Assembly (NCBI RefSeq): GCF_006345805.1
Contig: NC_043000.1
Span: 15,624,001 to 15,688,000, forward strand
DNA: 64,000 nt
Direction of reading: 5' to 3'
DNA from: Octopus sinensis
Lineage: Eukaryota
Positions 26,320-40,899 of the stretch are shown piece by piece. A program made the position numbers and the translations under genes. The notes beneath the pieces were generated by a model. The model had not been told where the DNA came from. It made no database searches and worked only from the letters and a program-made list of their open reading frames with translations. Numbering within the stretch: position 1 is the first letter of the stretch; each line of letters starts with the position of its first letter.

Positions 26320-26563
26320 TTTACGTGCCACCTGCACAGGTGCCAGACAGAGCAGGTGCCAGCTCTGTCTGGCACCTGTGCACGTGGCACGTAAAAAGCA
26401 CCCACTACACTCTCGGAGTGGTTGGCGTTAGGAAGGGCATCCAGCTGTAGAAACACTGCCAGATCTGACTGGCCTGGTGCAGCCTTCGGGCTCCCCAGAC
26501 CCCAGTTGAACCGTCCAACCCATGCTAGCATGGAAAGCGGACGTTAAACGATGATGATGATGT
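26320..26563 (+). mobile_element. Family A RTE 3' end
   Basis: Conserved end and (GAT)n tail. Confidence 0.8.
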
Positions 26564-27146
26564 AAGATTCATGTTTTAACTGATGCTTGTAACTAAAACC
26601 ATTGACACACAGCACATACTTCATCACATAGAGCAACTAAACTGTTAATCATTCAGTACATGTTAATTCAATTCTGCATTATTGCTTAGATTAAGTACTG
26701 TCATTGTCTGTATGTCACCACTAGAGGTATTAAGTATAGAAGGTAATCTTTATTGATATTATTGGATTTTACATTCACTCTATCAACTGTCTCTAATCTC
26801 CTAACCCCCACTTTTTATTTTACATTTTTTTATATTATTATTTTTTTTCATTTACATAATCTTCCTGAGTTTACTGTAAGATTATAAAACTGTCCATTTC
26901 TCACATAGACGGAATTGGTGCTTTAAAAGAAAAGATTATCAGTACCTTGTTCTGTTTGTAAACTCTGTACGGTTACTATTAGAGATAAATCTTTTCCTAG
27001 GTCAAAGAACGTCATACTTAGGTGTGGTGCTTGTCTCTATTTTTCATTGTTAGGCTAATTTATGACCTCATGAGGGTAAGTTCAAATCTTAACTACTGTC
27101 AATTGTTTTGACTGCACAAAAATAAAGAATATATTTCACTCTTTCT

Positions 27147-27386
27147 ATTTGAACTCAGAACGTAACGGCAGACGAAATACGGCTACGCCGGGCGAAATGC
27201 GTAGCTGTATTTCATCTGCCATTATGTTCTGAGTTCAAATTCCGCCGAGGTCAACTTTGCCTTTCATCCTTTCGGGGTCGATAAATAAAGTTACCAGTTA
27301 CACACTGGGGGCCGGTGTAATCGACTTAATCCCTTTGTCTGTTTTTGTCTCCTCTATGTTTAGCCCCTTGTGGGCAATAAAGAAAT
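27147..27386 (+). mobile_element. SINE C with 5' inverted duplication
   Basis: 42-bp arms at 27147-27188 and 27199-27240. 18-bp TSD atatatttcactctttct (27129-27146, 27387-27404). Confidence 0.85.
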
Positions 27387-27651
27387 ATATATTTCACTCT
27401 TTCTTCATAACAGTGAGAAGAGCATCTAGCTGCAATGTAATTGCTCTGAAATAAATCATTGACCCTATACTAGTCCAGAAAAATGCAACAAAACTGCTTC
27501 ACATTTTAGATTAGATGTCAGTCTATTGCAAATTAACTTTCACTTCTTTAATATATTGAAACTTATTTCATTTTGAGCTACAGAAAAAGGAAGACAAGTG
27601 GAGTCAAGTGCTTTTTCTCAAGAACACCATCACAACAATTGCAATGAATAT

Positions 27652-27981
27652 TTATTGTTTGTTGTTTCATCCTTTAGAAGGAACAGTTGTTTGTTTCTTC
27701 TCGAGCCATGCTTGGCTCATAAGGGCCGGTTTCCTTGGTGTATAGGTTCCCCACTTGGACGAGATGCCGGTCCGTCGCAGGTGAGCTGCAAGATGCAGGA
27801 AGAAAGAGTGAGAGAAAGTTGTGGTGAAAGAGTCAGCAGAAGTTTGTTATTACCTTCTGCCGGAGCCATGTGAAGCTTAGGTGTTTTGCCCATAAACACA
27901 CACATCGCCTGGTCTGAGATTCGAACCCATGATCCCTCGATCACGAGTCCACTGCTCCAACCACTAGGCCATATGCCTCCA
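27652..27981 (-). mobile_element. tRNA-headed SINE related to family D
   Basis: Shares the head and actctttcaccacaactttctctc with family D. 12-bp TSD tgcaatgaatat (27640-27651, 27982-27993). Confidence 0.75.
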
Positions 27982-29099
27982 TGCAATGAATATGAATAAA
28001 CCATATTTCATTTTCATACTCTTCCTCTGAATCTGTCTCTTCAGGACAACTTTCAAGACATGCTACTTCTGCCTTTTCTACTGCTACTGCAGTGGCATCT
28101 ATTCCTTGGTACTGGCTGGTTTCATCGCACTTCTTCTTAGATATTCCTAACCTACTCATCTGCCTTTCTCTTGTCATCCATACTGTTCCCCCAAGCACAC
28201 ATACTTTTTCACACACACACACACACACTATCAAATTCTAGGAGATAGATCCTTTGGAATTATTCAATTATTCCCTTCCTATGTTTTCCCCACAGCTGTG
28301 AACTTACAACTTTTCTAGTAGACTACAAACTGCATTGATCCTGGCAGACCTGCAGAGATCACAAGTATAACCTCTTCCTACAAACCAAAAAAAAAAAAAA
28401 AAAAATAGAATGCTATACTAAAGTCTCTTGAGCTGTTCTTTTGATGCAGATAACTTTTAAAGACTATAATCTTGAATAGAGATAGTGTCTGCTGAGGATT
28501 ATATGTATTTCATTTATATAATCTGCTCTATATGAAACCATGGTTATGTTCTAGTTAACTATACAAATCACACACACACACACACACACATGTATATATA
28601 TCATGATTATGAAAGGCAGTGAATGAAAGAACTGAGTAGTTGCAGAAAATTCAAATGTATATCCTATTGATAGTATCCTATTTCACTCTTACAAATTTGT
28701 TTTCTTATGCCATTGGAAAAAATCCTCTTCGTTATCATTACCCTCATCATCATCATCACTAATTAAATTTCCTTCATGCTCTTTGTGGAATAAGTTCAAG
28801 ACACTTCACATCCAAAGTAGAGTGCTAACCTTTGGCAGCTTCATGTCAAACACTGTTCTAGTACAATTTGAACTTGATAAAATGAACCATAGCATCACAT
28901 TGCCATTTTAGTTGATCGACTTATTACTTTCTCTCAAATTATTGAGTTCAAGATTATTGAAGAGATGAAAGGTGAAGTTTAGATTACAGAATCAAATTTC
29001 AAACATCTCACTCGATGATCCCTATTGCAATATTCTTAACATTGCACTTGTTTGTCAATCCTTGAGTGATAGAATGAGAGTTAAACCTCCTATGTCAAT

Positions 29100-29580
29100 G
29101 GTGTAATTAAAACTGCACTTCAGAGACTAATTAAGCTTTCTTTTCAGAATCAGAAAGTACTTCAGCTCTAAGCAACTGGTGACTTTCAAAGCACAACCAC
29201 AACATGTTGCAACTACTACACTCAGGTGTATCTAGGAACAAACCATTCATTCTTTGAATAATATACTACAACCATTTATATACTGATGCACTGTATCCTC
29301 CCATTTGCCTTTCTCCTGATACTGCTATGGTTCCTAGCCATATTAATCTAACAAACTTTTTTAAAAAGAAACCTGGTTTAATCTAGATCACCACTTCAAC
29401 TCAGTCTTTCTGAAACCCTGCACCAGATACTCCATGCAAAACCATTGTCCTGCTAAAACTCCTTTCTTGCCCCTGTTTTCATTGTAGACTTCAGCCAGTA
29501 GAAATTTAATCTGATCATCTCCTGCAGTGATCTAACCATAGGGACAGCCCGAAAAGGTTAATCTTGCTGCTTCCTTTCCG
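29100..29580 (+). pseudogene. Highly degraded CR1-group LINE ORF2 3' region
   Basis: Translates in part FRIRKYFSSKQLVTFKAQ, resembling the LINE motif R.RKYF...QLL.LYKAQ.RP; many stops. Confidence 0.45.
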
Positions 29581-31314
29581 GTATTAAAGTGTAAAAGAAA
29601 AGAAAATAGTGCTTTTGGGTAAAACTTTCAGTGGAATAGTTTTTTTATTATCTATTGGTAGTCATGAAGTATAAGATGTTTAAGGGAAGGAGAAAAATAT
29701 GAGTTGTGATGTTCATGCATCTCTGAAATAAAATAGTAAAATGTATGATGTCAGAATGCTCTAATGAAGCACAGATAGGTTCTAGACTTCATTTATAAAG
29801 CTCTATTTTCATCCTGCTGGACTCGTGCAGTTAAATAATTGCATATACATTTAAGTATGAAAGGAAGGAAAAAGGGAGAAAAAAAGTGGGTTTTGTGCAT
29901 GTGTATCTGAGGAAGAGAGACAAAGGGTAATGTATTTATTGATACATAACAAAGGAAGTTAGAAATAGTAAAGAAATATAGAAGAGTTGTGGCTTTATAT
30001 TACATGCATTCATACAACGGCAAGAGAATGTGTAAATTCATTTGCCTGGTTGTGCATATAATGTTGTGTATAATGTGTAGAAATATCTATTTATACATAT
30101 TTGTATGATATGGAGGACATATATAGGTAATGTGTGATTGGATACATGTTTGATTGGTATATGCAAAACATTCTCAGCTCAACCGTCTAATCAATATGTC
30201 ACAATACCACACACATCACTACCTTTGAAACACTAGTGGGTGAAAATCAATGGAACACATATCCAAATTATTGATCTCATTTGAAAATGAGAACTGGATA
30301 ATATAATTGATATGTTTATTCTATATTTCCTGATTTTCTGATCATAAGCTGATAGTATTTAACTTATTTAACATTGACTTAACAAAATACAAAGCTCTAT
30401 ATTTATAAAGGAGTGTAGAAAAAGAGGATGTGATGTTTACGCCTTTCCAAAACATTGATTTACTAAAAAGGTGAGGCTGTTTATTTATAAAGGAGGGTGT
30501 GAGAAGATGATATAATGTTTATGCCTTTCTGAAGCACAATTTTGTAATATATGTAAAATGCAAAAGGGTTTTGGGTGTTACCTTTTTTTTCGTTTGACTG
30601 AGCCATGAAAAAATGTTTAAAAGTGGATAATACAGGCATCTCCTGCATTACAGTTGTGCCGCACTCCTGATAATTTTTATCTGATGTGGAGTTCTGTAAT
30701 GCAAATCTTATATTCCCTTTGATTCCATGTGCAATGAGTCACACATTACAGAAAGTCAATGGGAAAATATGTCATTAGATTGTAGCCATTGGATAATGTT
30801 GTCCAGGACATATGCTTCAAATGAAAAGCTTGGATGGTCACAACTGAAATGCAGTTGAACACGTCTGCTGGCTGAGGACTGACCAGGGACTAAACTTTAG
30901 CAACAACACTACCTCCAAATCAGTTATGCATCTGTAGTTGCCCTTACATTATATTTGAAAACCCATAGAAATGACGTTATCAAATAATGGTGGCGATAGT
31001 AGGAGTTGTAATACTCATCATAATAGTATAATAATAGTAGTAGTGATGGTGGTAAATAAGATTCTATAGTATGTATCATCATACAAGTTGCATTATACCT
31101 TATAGTTTACACCACCACACAAGCAGGGCCTATAATTGGAAATGGGTGCCAACTAGTTCATTGGTCTGGTGCCCAAAAAGCCAAAGAAAGCCCATGAATA
31201 ATTGATGAGCCACTTTCTTAAAAAAAATTCCTCACAATTTCTAGGAATATTGAGAAGACCCTCCCCCCATAGCCTCAAAGCAGAATTGTTCCATCTTATA
31301 AAATTTCTCTCAGG

Positions 31315-33000
31315 TGCAGTCCAATCGTGTGATTAAGAAGCTGACTTTGCAATCATGTGGTTTCAAGTTCAGTCCTATTGTATGGCACCTTGGACAAGTG
31401 TCTTCTACTATGGCCCCAGGCCAACCAATGCTTTATGAGTGAATTTGATTGATGGAAATTGTGTTGAAGCCTGCTGTGTGTATTTAATCTTTTAATCGTT
31501 TCAATCATTAGACTGTGGCTATGCTGGGGCACTGCCTTACTCTTTTACTTGTTTCAGTCATTTGACTGCGGCCATGCTGGAGCACCGCCTTTAGTTGAGC
31601 AAATCGACCCTGGAACTTATTCTTTGTAAGCCCAGTACTTATTCTATCGGTCTCTTTTGCCGAACCGCTAAGTGACGGGGACGTAAACACACCAGCATCG
31701 GTTGTCAGGCAATGCTAGGGGGACAAACACAGACACACAAACACACACACACATACATACATATATATACATATATACGACAGGCTTCTTTCAGTTTCCA
31801 TCTACTAAATCCACTCACAAGGCTTTGGTCGGCCTGGGGCTATAGCAGAAGACACTTACCCAAGGTGCCACGCAGTGGGACTGAACCCGGAACCATGTGG
31901 TTGGTTAGCAAGCTGGAGAACTTTTTAGTCAAACAGATCAACCCCAATACTTATTATTCTTTTTTAAGCCTGGTTCTTAGTCTGTTGGTCTTTTTTGCTG
32001 AAGCTGCTAAGCTACAGGGGATGTAAACACACCAGCACCAGTTGTCAAGTGCAGGCAAGGAACAAACATATGCGCGCACGCACACACACACATACATATA
32101 TGTATGTATATGCAATAGGCTCCTTTCAGTTTCTGTCTACCAAATCCACTCATGAAGTTTTAGTTGCCTCCAGGTTATAATAGAAGACGCTTTCCCAAAG
32201 TGCCACCCAATGGGAACCATGTGGTTGAGAAGCAAGCTTCTTACCACATAGCCCGCCTGTGCCTTTGCCTATATATATGTGTGTGTGTGGGGGGGTGTAT
32301 ACTCTTTTACTTGTTTCAAGCATTTGACTGTGGCCATGCTGGAGCACTGCCTTTGGTCGAGCAAATCGACCCCAGGACTTATTCTTTGTAAGCCTAGTAC
32401 TTATTCTATTGGTCTCTTTTGCCAAACCGCTAAGTTATGGGGACGTAAACACACCAGCATCGTTTGTCAAGCGATGTTGGGAGGGACAAACACAGACACA
32501 CAAACATATACACACATATATATACATATATACGATGGGCTTCTTTCAATTTCCGTCTACCAAACCCACTCACAAGGCTTTGGTTGGCCCAAGCTTATAG
32601 TTGAGGACACTTGCCTTAGGTGCCATTCAGTGGGACTGAATCCGGAACCATGTGGTTGGTAAGCAAGCTACTTACCACACAGCCACTCTTGAACCTTATA
32701 TATAAAATCTTTAATCTTTTACTTGTTTCAGTCATTTGACGGTGGCCATGATGGAGCACTGCCTTTAACACACACACACACACACATATAATTTTGTGTC
32801 TGTTTGTTCCCGCACATCATTTGACAACTGGTGTTGGTTTGTTTACATCTCCATAACATAGCATTTCAACAAAAGAGAATAGTAGAATAAATACTAGATT
32901 TCAAATAAACAAGTACTGGTATTGATTCGTTTGACTGAAATCCTCCAAGGCAGCACTCCAGCATGGCCACAGTCCAATGCTGAAAGAAATAAAAGATAAA
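31315..33000. mobile_element. Dense cluster of SINE B copies and fragments (e.g. 31538-31915 -, 32300-32690 -)
   Basis: Family B sequence repeated back to back. Confidence 0.75.
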
Positions 33001-34424
33001 AAGAAGCACAGTACACAAGCAGCATTATACCATTTAGTTTTTGCCATCACTCTTCTTTTCATTCTCAATTGACACTGTTTCATTTTCATTATCATGGTCC
33101 ACTGATTGATATTCATTAAAAGAACTGAAAGACTTATTCAACTCATAACTATGTAATTGTAAAAAGTAGTTGCAGATCCACTTTGGGTATTCTTAAGTAG
33201 TTAAAACATGAAGCGAATGCATTACAAAATACATTTAACACCTACCATCAATCTAGCTTTAATTTCTCAGCTAAGAAAGACAAAGATCTTATTTCTATAA
33301 TCTCGTTCATTATTGTTTCTCTTTTCTTGTTTCCTGGTTAATGGGTGTAGTAGTTGGTTCTGGGTTTTTCCATTATTAAGAAAGGGAAGGTAGCGAGCTG
33401 GTCGACTCGTTTAGCATGTTGGGAAAAAATTCTTAGTGGTGTTTCTTTGTTCAATCTCCACTGATTTTACTTTTGATCCTTTTGGGGTTTGATAAATTAA
33501 TGTATCAGTTAAACACTGCAATCAATGTAATTGACTATCGATCTCCCCTTAAAACTGCTTATGTTGTGCCAAAATTAGAAAGGATTATTAAGAAAGGGTG
33601 GTTTGAGGCAGGGAAGTGTTTGTCAAGCTGTCCTTTTCTATAATGTCAATGGACAGGTGTAAAGACTTCTTGGGAGATGTCAAGAGAAATATTAACAAGT
33701 TAAATTTTACCCAGAGTTTGATGAGAACAAATGTGAAGTTTTATTTTTGGTTAGCATCACGTAAATAGAAATCCAGTTTCCTTTTCTCTAGTATTAAGAG
33801 GTGGGGGGAAAAAGGTTTTTTTTCTTTCTTTTGGATAAATTGGTACTTTATTTCCCTAGAAATAACCTAAAACTTGAGTAGAGAATTTCCTTGTTCCAGA
33901 AATATCCCAATCTTCAACAGGTGGTATAATTATTTATTTATAATATACAGAGGAGAGAAGACAGATTTTACATTAAATGTAAATGAATATAGGTGTTTGT
34001 GAAAATTGGGAAACACATAATAAAATCTAAGGATTTTATATATTCTTTTCTACTCTAGTCACAAGGCCCAAAATTTTTGGGAAGGGGGCCAATTGATTAG
34101 ATTGACCTCAGTACGCAACTGGTACTTAATTTTTTGACCCCAAAAGGGTGAAAGGCAATCTGTGGGGAGGAGTAAATCAATTGCATCAACCCCAGTATGC
34201 AACTGGTAATTATTTAATTGACCTTGAAATGATGAAAAGTAATGTCAACTTCAGTGAAATTTGAAATCAGAACAATAAGGTGGACAAAATGTTACTAAGG
34301 ATGCTAACGATTCTGCCAGCTCCCCACCTTTTTTGGATCCACTAGTATTGATAACAACACCCATTTGATAATATTATCCTAGATGATGACTGGCTTCCCC
34401 TGCGTGTATATACCATCGTTATTG

Positions 34425-35170
34425 TCGTCGTCATTTAATGTCTGCTTTCCATGCTGGCATGGGTTGGACGGTTTGACTGAGGGCTGGCAAGCCAGAAGGC
34501 TGCACCAGGCCCCAATTTGATCTGGCAATTTTTCTACAGCTGAATGCCCTTCCTAACGCTACCCACTCTGAGAGTGTAGTGGGTGCTTTTTATGTGCCAC
34601 CGGCACAAGGGCCAGTCAGGTGGTACTGGCATCGGCCATACTTGAATGGTGCTTTTCATGTGCCACTGGCACAGGGGCCAGTCAGGTGGCACTGGCAACG
34701 ACCACACTCAAATGGTGACACCAGCACTGGACCAGTCAGCCGGCATTGGCATCAACCATGCTCGAATGGTGCCAATCAGGCAGTACTGTCATTGGCCACA
34801 ACAACAACTTCACTTGCCTCAACAGGTCTTCGCAAGCGCAGTTTATTGCCCAATGATTGAAGGGTGCTCTTAAATGGGCTGGTTATGCTGCACTGGCATA
34901 GGCTACAGTTACGGTCTCACTTGGCTTGCCAGGTCTTCTCAAGCACAGTATATCTCCAAAGGTCCTGGTCACTTAGTGAGGCCCAACGTTTGAAGATCAT
35001 GCTTTACCACCTCATCCCAGGTATTCTTGGGTCTACTTCTTCCACATGACACTTTTTCACCCAGCTGTCCTCATTCATACGCAACACATGACCATACCAG
35101 TGCAGTCATCTCTCTTGCACACCACATCTGATGCTTCTTATGTCCAACTTTTCTCTCAGGGTGTTTACAC
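34425..35170 (-). mobile_element. Family A RTE LINE fragment including ORF2 C-terminus
   Basis: 3' UTR continues into LREKLDIRSIRCGVQERRLHWYGHVLRMNEDSWVKKC, an RTE ORF2 C-terminal motif. Confidence 0.85.
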
Positions 35171-35195
35171 TCCGTCGTGTATGTATATATGTATG

Positions 35196-35251
<56 letters not shown>

Positions 35252-36071
35252 AAATTGATGTATAAAACATTAAAGAATAGATCTATGGAAATTAAGATCT
35301 TAATTATTACTGGGTTGTTAAACTCTGGTATTCCAGTAAATCCTAATGGAACTGATTTGCAGGCGTACACATAATCAGCTAAAGCAATTTTTACGAGCAA
35401 CATATTTAGCATAAAAGTAGAAAGGTATGAACATCACTTACTTTAATTGTATTCAACAGCTGTTTCATTAAGATAAGCACCAATTATATATACATAATTG
35501 TGATACATAGTTAATTTAAAAATGGTGCTTATCCAAATCATCAGGAATGTTATGTTATATTAACCAGGAATCTGTAAAGGTGTGTGTGCGTATTAATAAC
35601 AGTAATTAAAACAAATTTTTCACCTAGACACTTTGAGCTTCAACATGACTGAACACTTGTAGCTGCCAAGATTCTAAAATTTGAATTCTTAATATTTAGA
35701 AGTTTCAGCTTCTAATTCAAATAAAGAGTTTAGGACATGGGGGTATTGACCACAACAAATCTGTTTTAATGTGCCAGCAGTGTTTAGTTTCCGTTATAAA
35801 CTTTACTGTGAGCTATATTTCAGCCATCTCTACATTATTAATGAATTTTATTAAATATATTTGATAGTCATAAACATCTGTCATCATTATATAGCCTCAA
35901 CATAACCAGAAGGGGGATCGTCTGGACAATAATTTCTAGTGTTATTACACTCTCATGGGCAATCACTTAAACCAGCCTTAATTGCTTCTGTCAATTTATA
36001 TTTAAAGCCATTGCTAATTAGGCTTATAACTAACTCGGGTAGACTGATTTGAACATTTGACTCATTTTCAG

Positions 36072-36128
36072 CTGAAAATTACTAATGTGCTGGCTGTGGG
36101 TATTTTTCAGACTAAACTTTACTATGAG
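36072..36128 (+). CDS. Candidate internal coding exon (LKITNVLAVGIFQTKLYYE), gene unknown
   Basis: Acceptor ctcattttcag|, donor GAG|GTAAAT, 57 nt, phase 0-0; the other two frames contain stops. Confidence 0.3.
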
Positions 36129-36364
36129 GTAAATTCATGAATTTTAACCATCACTGCATTTATGAATTAATTCAATTTATTGGATATGTTAGACAGTTGT
36201 AGACAGCTGTTATGTTGAAACTACCATAAGGTGGACAGCAAAGGAGAGATAGGCTAGAATCATAATAGGATTGAGTCTGGAAACGGCTCAACTAATAAAA
36301 GTACATTTATATCTCCCACCTCTCTCTCTATTTATTTGTCCATCCATTCATCTATCTATCTATC

Positions 36365-36368
36365 TTTT

Positions 36369-36425
<57 letters not shown>

Positions 36426-36489
36426 GATATATATATATATATAGATATATATATATATATTATATATATATATACTCCATTCTTTCATT

Positions 36490-36531
<42 letters not shown>

Positions 36532-36589
36532 TCATCATCATCATCATAAATATGTATATATATATATGTAAATATATATATATATATAG

Positions 36590-36637
<48 letters not shown>

Positions 36638-36676
36638 AATATCATCATCATCATCATAAATATGTATATATATATG

Positions 36677-36714
<38 letters not shown>

Positions 36715-36804
36715 TCATCATCATCATCATAAATATATATATATATATGTAAATATATATGTAAATATATATATATATATATATATATAAATATCATCAT
36801 CATC

Positions 36805-36864
<60 letters not shown>

Positions 36865-36935
36865 AATATATATATATATATATAATATATAAATATCATC
36901 ATCATCATCATAAATATTATATATATATATATATT

Positions 36936-36981
<46 letters not shown>

Positions 36982-37126
36982 AATATATATAAATAAATAT
37001 ATATATATATAAATAAATATATATATATAAATAAATATATATATATCTATATATATATATATATATATATAATAAATATATATAATATATATATATATAT
37101 ATAATATATATTATATAAATAAATAT

Positions 37127-37171
<45 letters not shown>

Positions 37172-37305
37172 TATATATATATTTATATATGTATATATAT
37201 ATTTATATGTATATATATATTATATATATATTTATATATGTATATATATATTTATATGTATATATATATATTTATATGTATATATATATATGTATATATA
37301 TATGT
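36365..37305. repeat. Compound (CT)n/(AT)n/(CAT)n microsatellite-minisatellite
   Basis: (AT)n tracts alternate with ataaatatcatcatcatcat.. and atatgtaaatat modules. Confidence 0.9.
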
Positions 37306-37579
37306 CATTTGCTTGCAGTCCATGACAAAATCATGTGTGGGCTTCTTGATATGTAAAATCTTTGTGAGCAAAGCCCTCATACAATATCATTTATTTCCAG
37401 TTCTATGAATAAAACCTGTCTGGGCTGTTTGTTGTTTCATAGACAGGGAGATTATTAGCCCACTTGGAAACAAGTAGTTAGCAACAAGAGGGGCACCTGC
37501 TCAAATCTGCCAGAACGTACACTCATTCGACTCATATAAACATGGAAAAACAGACATTAAAATGTTGATGATGATGTAT

Positions 37580-38398
37580 ATCATCATCATCATCGTTTAA
37601 CGTCCGCATTCCATGCTAGCATGGGTTGGGCAATTTGACTGAGGTCTGGTGAACCAGATGGCTGCACCAGGCTCCAATCTGATCTGGCAGAATTTCTACA
37701 GCTGGATGCCCTTCCTAACACCAACCACTCTGAGAGTGTAGTGGGTGCTTTTATGTGCCACCAGCACGAGGGCCAGTCAGGCAGTACTGGCAGCAGCCAC
37801 ACTCAAATAGTGCTTTTTACAGGCCACTTGCACAGGAGCCAGTCCAGCGGCTTTGGCAACGACCTTGATCGAATGTTTTTTCACGTGCTACCAGCACAAG
37901 TGCCAGTAAGGCGACGCAGGTAACGATCATGCCCGAATGGTGCCTTTTACGTGCCATCGGTACGGAGGCCAGCTTGTTGCTCTGGCAACAATCACGCTCC
38001 TATGGTATTCTTAGCGCTCCACTAGCACAGATGCCAGTCATCGAATTTGATTTCGATTTCACTTGCCTCAATAGGTCTTCACAAGCAGAGTTTAGTGTCC
38101 AATAAAGGAAAGGTACACATAAGTGGGGTGGTTACACCCCCTGGCATAGGTCACAAGGTTATGGTCTCACTTGAGTTTGCCGTGTCTTCTGAAGCACAAC
38201 ATATTTCCAAAGGTCCCGGTCACTAGTCATTGCCTCAGTGAGGCCCAATGTTCGAAGGTCATGCTTCACCACCTCATCCCAGGTCTTCCTGAGTCTACCT
38301 CTTCCATAGGTTCCCTCAACCGCTAGGGTGTGACACTTTTTCACACAGCTATCCACATCCATTCTTCCACATGGCCATACCAGCGCAGTTGCCCATGT
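37580..38398 (-). mobile_element. Family A RTE LINE fragment including ORF2 C-terminus
   Basis: [49 protein letters not shown], followed by the modular 3' UTR and (GAT)n tail. Confidence 0.9.
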
Positions 38399-38401
38399 GG
38401 C

Positions 38402-38509
<108 letters not shown>

Positions 38510-39217
38510 TACATACACCTACACATGTATGCATATATACAAACGTATCTAGTGGTATTTACTTTTATTTGAATTATAGTTCTTTATGGCAGGTCAGCTT
38601 TGCATTATATTTCTTACAAGATGATAAAATTGGTACCAAAGTACTGATGTTAATATAATTGTTTAAAACCCTTGAAGGGTTTCAAATACAGAAACAGCGA
38701 ATGAATAAAAAACAAAACTGCTTTGAATTGATATTTCATAACTCTAGGCTACTGGGGTCCATTTTATATATATATATATTTAATGTACATTTAATTATTC
38801 TATGATTTCATTCACTGCTGTAAAATTTCAAGGCAATCTATCAGTTTCCAATAATTATCTTTCATTTCTTATGTGGGATGATGCCAAGTACAAATTTTAA
38901 TGTCCTACTCAAAATTCAATCCTGTGCCATTGAGGATTTTCAAATAACCTTGTTATTTATTTAGTTTCTGAAATTCCTCACCAACACTTTAACAATTCAT
39001 ATCAGTAGTCTTGTATGCAAACGCAACAATAAATCAATTTATCCCTATATCAATGTTTCCTTATTTATTGGCTTTTTGTTATCTAAATAGAGATATACCA
39101 ATTGTAAAAGTTTCAGAAAATCTTATTGATATGTCATTCATAAATCACAAGCAAAATATGGTTTTTCTCTGACGATTTGTGAATAGTATTTAGCGAAACC
39201 AAGATGCTCTCACAGAG

Positions 39218-39219
<2 letters not shown>

Positions 39220-39253
<34 letters not shown>

Positions 39254-39545
39254 ACGTCCGTTTTCTATGCTAGCATGGGTTGGACGGTTCGACCGGGGTC
39301 TGGGCAGCCAGGAGGCTGTGCCAGGCTCCAGTCTGATCTGGCAGTGTTTCTACAGTTGGATGCCCTTCCTAACACCAACCACTCCGTGAGTCTAGTGGGT
39401 GCTTTTTACATGCCACAGGAGGCTGGAAAACGGCCATGATCAGTTGGTGCTTTTTATGTGTCACCAACATGGACGCCAGTCAGGCGGCGCTGGCATCAGC
39501 CATGTTCGGATGGTGCTTTTTATGTGCCACCAGCACAGGTATCAT
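39220..39545 (-). mobile_element. Family A RTE 3' end
   Basis: (CAT)n and conserved end. Confidence 0.8.
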
Positions 39546-40121
39546 AACTACAATTTCCTGGTAAATATTAATACTTTCAATGGCAAAGTGGCAGAATTTT
39601 TAGCACACAGGACAAAATGCTGAGTGACATTTCTTCCAGCTTTATGTTCTGAGTTTGAATTCTGCCAAGCTTGACTTTGCCTTTCATCCTTTTGTAAATC
39701 AAGTATCAGTTGCACACTGGGGGTTGATGTAATGAACTTACCCTCTTCCATAATGTTTCAGGCCTTGTGCCTGTAGTAGAATTGTCACTTTCAGATCAGT
39801 GCACTTAATGGCAAGTGAGCACTGAAAACTGAGCTAGGCTTTGTGGCTGTTAGAAACGTGTGAATTTGGTAGAGAGAATATTGTGTGTGTTTGTATGGAT
39901 TTGTATTTCCCTTGCTTTGACTGGTGATCACGTTTCAACAAAGGCGGTGAATTGGCAGAAACGTTTGCACACCGGGCGAAATGCTTAGCGGTATTTCGCA
40001 TGCCGTTACGTGTCCAATGTGCTGCATCAGTGGATTGAACCTAGAATATGTGTGGTGGAGAAGCACACTTCTTAAACTGCCATGCTTATGCCAATATATA
40101 AAATCCTTTTAAGGCAGCAAG

Positions 40122-40345
40122 CTGGCAGAAATGTTAGCATGCTGGGCAAAATGCTTGCCAGTATTTTGTCTGTCTTTACATTCTGAGTTCAAATTCTGCC
40201 GAGGTCGACTTTGCCTTTCATCCTTTCGGGGTCGATAAATCAAGTACCAGTTACACACTGGGGTCAATATAATGACTTAATTCCTTTGTCCTTGTTTGTC
40301 CCCTCTATGTTTAGCCCTTTGTGGGCAATAAAGAAATAAGAAACG
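40122..40345 (+). mobile_element. SINE C followed by the same flank that is captured at 8791-8876
   Basis: ..aaagaaataagaaacgtgtgatcactatgagcatcatacatatacccagca.. Confidence 0.8.
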
Positions 40346-40899
40346 TGTGATCACTATGAGCATCATACATATACCCAGCAGTATGGTTTATTATAATAGT
40401 GATCTCTGTTTGTTATATTTCTCATATTGTTTAGTTCTTGGTTAGTTCTGATTGAATAGACCTATGATCAAAGGCATTCCAATTCTAACTATCCTGTTTT
40501 TCTTTTCTTCTTTTGAGACATAGTGTATCTAGGACTACCTTATCTAGTGTGCGCTTCCCTGCTTAAGATAGTGGGGTGTGATAGGAGAGATATTTGGCTG
40601 CTATTTCTAGCGAGAGGAGAAACCATGTAGGAGCCTCCTCATTGGCTTACTGTGTATCTATCAGTTTAGTTGATGCATGGCAAATAAATCCATTAATATC
40701 TGCTATATCTGTTAACTGTTATTGCTGTTTAACTCCATGATCAATGATTAAAGGTCTTCCATCTATGACCATCCCATCTTTTTAAGGGTATGCAGGACTA
40801 TTTAATGTATCTTGTCCTTCTAGAAAAGAATAGGTGTGATTTGAGGGAAATTTTGCTGCTATTTCTAGCAGGCCCTATTACTAATTAGGTTTCTTCATT

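Noticed and set aside
27054-27075. Possible 22-nt micro-exon (LIYDLMR) with strong splice signals
   Set aside because: Its phase does not fit the neighbouring candidates and it is too short to distinguish from chance; similar hits occur at 2182-2197 (-) and near 55.3 kb.
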